Source: Patescibacteria group bacterium
Lineage (GTDB): Bacteria > Patescibacteriota > Microgenomatia > Levybacterales > UBA12049
NCBI GenBank assembly: GCA_038062115.1
Contig: JBBTXS010000012.1
Location: forward strand, 23,141 to 87,140
Length of the DNA stretch: 64,000 bases
Direction: 5' to 3'
The translations under genes and the position numbers were made by a program. How positions within the stretch are numbered: the stretch's first letter is position 1; each line of letters begins with the position of its first letter. The notes beneath the pieces were generated by a model. It did no database searches, was not told the origin of the DNA, and saw only the letters and a program-made list of their open reading frames with translations. Below, piece by piece: positions 59,573 to 64,000 of this stretch.

Positions 59573-61005
59573 AGTATAGGTTTTTGTTTGTGCCACTCTG
59601 TTTCTTGTTCGTATTTATAAGCAACGTTTAGTATTAACGCTTCCGAAAACTGGGGGCCGATGATTTGCATGCCAATGGGTAGACCTTGTTTTGAAAATCC
59701 GCAGGGAACACTGATGCCAGGAAGCCCTGCGATAGAGGACGGTTCTACCAATACATCTGCCATTTCGCCAAACATAGGATGATTTTTGCTAGAGCCAAGA
59801 GGTAACGCTGTTGATGGACTTGTTGGCCCTATAATTACATCTACTCCGCCAGTTGACGGATTAAATGCTTTTTCAAAGTCTTGAATTATAAGTGTTCTAA
59901 CTTTTTGTGCTTTATTGTAATATTGGTCATAGTACCCAGCAGACAATGTATATGTTCCAAGCATTATTCTCCGTTTTGCCTCATCGCCAAAGTAAGATCG
60001 ATCATTACCATACCTAATCCCATCGTATCGCGCAAGATTTGAAGAGACTTCCGAACGCTGAAGAATCGTATATACTGCGATTGCATATTTTGGTGGAAAA
60101 AGTTTAATAGTTTTTATTATTGCACCCTTTTTTTCTAAAACTTTTAAAGCATTATGTACTCCATTTTGAACTTCTTGATCAACACCCTCGAAATAATCAT
60201 TAGAAACTCCTATCTTGACTTTCTCAATCGATCGATTGAGATTTTTGGTATAGTATGGTACTTTTTTGGGAGAAGTAGTGGCATCAAAAGAATCTTTTCC
60301 TGCTAATACTTGTAAAATTAATGCACTATCTTCTACAGTTTTTGTAATTGGGCCAGGAGAATCAAGAGAAGACGCCATTGCGATAAGGCCATATCTACTT
60401 ACCCTTCCATAAGTTGGCTTAAGACCTACAACTCCACACCAAGATGCTGGTTGTCGAATAGAACCAGCAGTTTCTGATCCAATTCCAGCAATTGCTTGAT
60501 TAGCTGCAACGCTTGCCGCAGCGCCGCCTGATGATCCACCAGGTAAAAAATTCGTATTCCAAGGATTTTTTGTAGTTCCATAATCAGAAGTTTCGGTTGA
60601 TGATCCATGCGCCCACGCATCCATGTTGGTTTTTCCAAGCATTATCATCCCAGCATCTTTGAGTCGGTTTACAACTGTAGCATCATATGGTGGAATAAAA
60701 TCATCAAGTACCTTACTTGACGCAGTTGTTCGAATACCTTTTGTACAAAAATTATCTTTTATGCTAATAGGGATGCCAAGAAGGGGAAGAGTATTTAATT
60801 GCTCAATTGTTAAATTGTTAAATTGTTTGTCTGCCATTTTTGCAGCTCCGATTGCTTCTTTTTCGCAAACTGTAATAAACGCATTTATCTTTGAGTCGAG
60901 TTTTTTAATTTGGTCTAGGCAGTCTTCGGTAAGTTCGAAAGATGAAAATTTTTTATTCCTTAATCCTTCTTGTGCTTGTTTAATTGTTAGTTGATTTAGT
61001 TTCAT
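59569..61005 (-). CDS. gatA: Asp/Glu-tRNA amidotransferase A
   Basis: IKDN, GKTNMD, PGGSSGG, GSETAGSIRQPA, SSNLARYDG. Confidence 0.97.
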   Translation of the reverse strand: MKLNQLTIKQAQEGLRNKKFSSFELTEDCLDQIKKLDSKINAFITVCEKEAIGAAKMADKQFNNLTIEQLNTLPLLGIPISIKDNFCTKGIRTTASSKVLDDFIPPYDATVVNRLKDAGMIMLGKTNMDAWAHGSSTETSDYGTTKNPWNTNFLPGGSSGGAAASVAANQAIAGIGSETAGSIRQPASWCGVVGLKPTYGRVSRYGLIAMASSLDSPGPITKTVEDSALILQVLAGKDSFDATTSPKKVPYYTKNLNRSIEKVKIGVSNDYFEGVDQEVQNGVHNALKVLEKKGAIIKTIKLFPPKYAIAVYTILQRSEVSSNLARYDGIRYGNDRSYFGDEAKRRIMLGTYTLSAGYYDQYYNKAQKVRTLIIQDFEKAFNPSTGGVDVIIGPTSPSTALPLGSSKNHPMFGEMADVLVEPSSIAGLPGISVPCGFSKQGLPIGMQIIGPQFSEALILNVAYKYEQETEWHKQKPIL

Positions 61006-61017
61006 AGTTTCTCTCAA

Positions 61018-61088
61018 TGTCATGCTGAATTTATTTCAGCATCTATTTTCTGTCATGAGTAAGATTCTGAAACAAGTTCAGGATGACA
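61018..61088. repeat. TGTCATGCTGAA...TTCAGGATGACA repeat between gatC and gatA
   Basis: Terminal inverted repeat with two internal hairpins. Confidence 0.88.
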
Positions 61089-61093
61089 CAGAA

Positions 61094-61375
61094 CTATCCA
61101 TCTAGTATTGTTTTTACTTTAAATAAACCATTATGTACAGACTTTGCATTTTTTAAAACTTCTTCTTGAGAAAGCGAGGGTTTTGCTTCATCTTCTCTTG
61201 TAACATTTTCCAGGCCTGTTACTTGACTTGTAGGTTCAATATTTTCTGTAGCAACTTCTTTTAGTTTGTTTATATACTGTAAGATTGAAAAGAGTTGTTT
61301 TTGAAATTTTTCCTTTTTATCTTCTTTTATCTGTAGATTCGCAAGTTTTGCAATATGGGAAACATCTATTTTCAT
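61094..61375 (-). CDS. gatC: Asp/Glu-tRNA amidotransferase C
   Basis: HIAKLANL, PTSQV, NVTRED, FKVK.IL. Confidence 0.93.
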   Translation of the reverse strand: MKIDVSHIAKLANLQIKEDKKEKFQKQLFSILQYINKLKEVATENIEPTSQVTGLENVTREDEAKPSLSQEEVLKNAKSVHNGLFKVKTILDG

Positions 61376-61491
61376 AAATTTGCCTTTCCCCCGAGTTTTG
61401 TTAATTAATGATGCAAAGGATCTCTTTTCTAGGAGATCCCTCTGCCTGCTGACCTCGGGATGAGTCTGAAATAACATTCCAGACTCAGTTA

Positions 61492-62325
61492 TTATACCGA
61501 AATACCCAAGCGTTTCGCAATTGTCTCGTGGGCTTGCCATTCAAGGGAGTCGTTAAGAGAGGAGAGGTTGATAGATTTTTTGTACTTTCTCTTAAGAGCA
61601 AGTTTTATTAGGTAATCTGCAAAATGGGGATTTTTTGGGAGGATTGGGCCGTGTAAATAGCTTCCAAAACTGTTTTTATAAACTACTCCTTCTGTTTTAT
61701 CTTCTCCATTATTCCCAAAACCCTTAAGAACTTTACCCAAAGGTTTTATCTCTTTGCCAAGATAAGTTCTACCCCCATGATTCTCGAACCCAACCAGATA
61801 ATCCTTTTTGTCATTGCGAGGAGTTCTGAGCTTGTCGAAGGACGACGAAGCAATCCCATTGATTTGAGATTGCTTCACTTCGTTCGTAATGACATCTGTT
61901 TTGATGACAACATTTCCAATAAGTCTCGGTACTTTTTCTCCCCGGTTTTCTGTACATAAATCTAGGATACATAGTCCATCGATAATATTTCCGTCTGCTT
62001 CTTTGTAGTATTTGCCTAAAAACTGATAAGCGCCGCAAATATAAAGGCCTGTAACCCCATCCTCTATAATCTCTTTTAGCGCTTTTACCTTTTCTTTGCT
62101 AAAATCATGGGAAACGATTTTTTGCTGCGTATCTTGTGCTCCGCCCATAAATAGAAAATCACAAGATCTTAAATCTTGAATCTTAAATCCTAAATCTAAA
62201 TGTTTTACCTTAGTCTCAATCTTTCGCCATTCACATCGCTTTTGAAGACAAATAATATTACCTCTATCGCCATAGGTACTCATTAACTCTGGATACAACC
62301 AACCAATAACCAACTTATAATTCAT
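61492..62325 (-). CDS. gatD: GatD/CobQ-like glutamine amidotransferase (lipid II amidation)
   Basis: YGDRGN, MGGAQD, ICGAYQFLG, GFENHGGRT, YLHGPILPKNP; next to murT. Confidence 0.92.
   Translation of the reverse strand: MNYKLVIGWLYPELMSTYGDRGNIICLQKRCEWRKIETKVKHLDLGFKIQDLRSCDFLFMGGAQDTQQKIVSHDFSKEKVKALKEIIEDGVTGLYICGAYQFLGKYYKEADGNIIDGLCILDLCTENRGEKVPRLIGNVVIKTDVITNEVKQSQINGIASSSFDKLRTPRNDKKDYLVGFENHGGRTYLGKEIKPLGKVLKGFGNNGEDKTEGVVYKNSFGSYLHGPILPKNPHFADYLIKLALKRKYKKSINLSSLNDSLEWQAHETIAKRLGISV
61809..61894. repeat. TGTCATT...AATGACA repeat in frame in gatD
   Basis: Encodes VITNEVKQSQINGIASSSFDKLRTPRND between RLIGNVV and LVGFENH. Confidence 0.9.
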
Positions 62326-62333
62326 ACACTTAT

Positions 62334-62442
62334 TGTCATCCCGAGCGAAGGGATGCACCAGACGGTGCGTCCCGAAGTCGAGGGATCTCCTGCAATTGCG
62401 ATGAAAGAGATTTCTCTCAGGCTTCGCCTGATCGAAATGACA
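62334..62442. repeat. TGTCAT...ATGACA repeat between murT and gatD
   Basis: Terminal inverted repeat; shares the TCAGGCTTCGCCTGA hairpin with the 57323 copy. Confidence 0.88.
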
Positions 62443-62459
62443 AATGAACTAAATAAAAA

Positions 62460-63830
62460 TTACAATATTTTCTTTCCTGTTAATATTTTTCTAACTTCAA
62501 GCATTGCAGAATATGTCGGCAAGATATATAAGATATCACTTTTATTCATTTCTTCTAGCCCTTGCATAATAGCTCGTTTTAAATCTTTAATAATTTTAAA
62601 TTTTACACTTTTATTTTTTATTTTTAATCTTTCATTTTTAATTTCAGAAGAACTCGAATATTTTAGTCTTAAACCCATATCGTAGGCACGCTCTCCGCTT
62701 ATAATAATACTTTTTATTCCATCAGGTTCTTCTGTGTCTACATCCCAAATCCACGAAACATCTCGGCCATCTGGAATGCGATCATTCAAAACAAACACTA
62801 CATTTCTCGCACCTAAACTTGCTACAGTCCTAAGGGATTCGTTAAAGCTTGTTGGGTTTTTGGATAGAAATATTTGTGCTTTTTTACCGTTGATATCAAA
62901 TATTTCTTGCCTGCCAAATGCTGGAATAAATGTTCTTAAGGATTTGTTAATTATCTCATCAGAAACCCCAATCTTTTTAGTAACTAGAACTGTCGCAAGA
63001 ATGTTATAAAGATTATATGTCCCTGTCAACCTGCTTGGTGGGGGAGTCGAAAAAATATTTTTGGGTCGTATATTTTCGCAGTTTTTACATTCCCAATTTC
63101 CAAGATGAGAGTAATAAACTGAATGATAATAAAGTTTCGAGTTACAGTTTGGACAATAAGTTGAGTCAGCTGCGTGTTGATATGCTGTTTGAGCGAGCTT
63201 TTTATCGTTAAGCCCAAAGTAGAACACCAAGGTGTAGCTACGTTTTAACACCCGATGTTCAATCCTATATCTGTTCTGTTGGAATCCTAGGTAGGCAATC
63301 TGCGGATCATCTGCGTTAAGGATAAGTTGAATTTTTGGAAGGAGATGTCGAATGGCATCTCTCCACTTACCAGCAATTGTATTAACTTCGCCATATCTGT
63401 CTAATTGATCTCTAAATAAATTAAGAAGAATTAAATAATCAGGAGTTATCTCTTTTAACGCTAATGGTAAAGTTGCTTCGTCAACTTCAAATATCGCATA
63501 ATCATAATTAATTGTCGAAAGTATATTACTATGTAGTACTATACTTGACGCAATTCCGTTTAAAAGATTTGCACCGGATTCATTTTGAAAAGTTCTATAA
63601 TTAGCATTTTTTAAGATAGTTTGGATGAGTTTACCAGTTGTTGTTTTTCCATTAGTTCCTGCAATTAAAATTATTTTAAGCTGCGGATTTGCTTCAATAA
63701 GTTCTCTGATAAAGTTTTTATTTGCTAAAAGCGCAATATGCCCCGGCCACGTTGATCCATTACCAATGCGAAAAGAAGTACTTATTGAAGAAAGAAGCTT
63801 TCCAATTATTATGAGAAAAAAATTAATCAT
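62460..63830 (-). CDS. murT: MurT ligase (lipid II isoglutaminyl synthase)
   Basis: GTNGKTTT, GANL..G, FEVDE, NLFRDQLDRYGE, CxxC pairs, DVSWIWD, TYSAML. Confidence 0.94.
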   Translation of the reverse strand: MINFFLIIIGKLLSSISTSFRIGNGSTWPGHIALLANKNFIRELIEANPQLKIILIAGTNGKTTTGKLIQTILKNANYRTFQNESGANLLNGIASSIVLHSNILSTINYDYAIFEVDEATLPLALKEITPDYLILLNLFRDQLDRYGEVNTIAGKWRDAIRHLLPKIQLILNADDPQIAYLGFQQNRYRIEHRVLKRSYTLVFYFGLNDKKLAQTAYQHAADSTYCPNCNSKLYYHSVYYSHLGNWECKNCENIRPKNIFSTPPPSRLTGTYNLYNILATVLVTKKIGVSDEIINKSLRTFIPAFGRQEIFDINGKKAQIFLSKNPTSFNESLRTVASLGARNVVFVLNDRIPDGRDVSWIWDVDTEEPDGIKSIIISGERAYDMGLRLKYSSSSEIKNERLKIKNKSVKFKIIKDLKRAIMQGLEEMNKSDILYILPTYSAMLEVRKILTGKKIL

Positions 63831-63832
63831 TA

Positions 63833-64000
63833 CTACATTGAGCGAAGAATTTTAATTCTCTCTTCAATCGGTGGGTGGGTGTTGAAAAGATTTGCAAACC
63901 AGCTACCTGAAATTTTATCTTTAAATGGATTCGCAATATACAAATGTGCAGTCGCATTATTTGCTACTTCCAAGGGTTCCTTATCTTTTGCAATTTTTGA
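63833..64000 (-). CDS. htpX: HtpX (M48) protease, C-terminal part only
   Basis: Read manually: ATAHLYIANP...LFNTHPPIEERIKILRSM*. Confidence 0.88.
   Translation of the reverse strand, partial: SKIAKDKEPLEVANNATAHLYIANPFKDKISGSWFANLFNTHPPIEERIKILRSM

Noticed and set aside
61376-61540. N-terminal extensions of gatC (likewise gatB, gatD, lexA, efp, eno) in the ORF track
   Set aside because: They overlap upstream genes or repeats; the conserved domains start at later ATGs.

Overview
AT-rich bacterial chromosome segment. Gene content and style suggest Patescibacteria (CPR), probably Microgenomates; this is an inference. It uses the standard code (TGA is a stop). Most of the window is housekeeping: obgE, secG, uvrABC, lexA, efp, holA, lower-glycolysis genes, pyrG/E/F/D, a complete F1Fo operon, dnaE, gatCAB, murT/gatD and six tRNAs. 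Two accessory islands abut tRNA genes (Gly, Lys), each with a large serine recombinase (LSR) gene or remnant whose frame runs into the antisense of the tRNA. Strongest signal: the intact LSR is bracketed by a perfect 103-bp inverted repeat (1649-1751 / 3198-3300) that stops at the tRNA 3' end. The upstream copy continues in frame into an alternative recombinase C-terminus (CELLYEKVRTSFMLSL*), so flipping the gene would swap its tail. Second theme: many tiny non-autonomous elements. These include at least 12 YGTCAT...ATGACR palindromes (three in frame in uvrC, gatB and gatD), MITEs with unrelated terminal repeats whose only cargo is such a palindrome (8-, 10- and 15-bp target duplications), a MITE with a 138-bp target duplication, and in-frame heptamer tandem repeats. 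All calls come from reading the sequence and recalling motifs; no searches were run.
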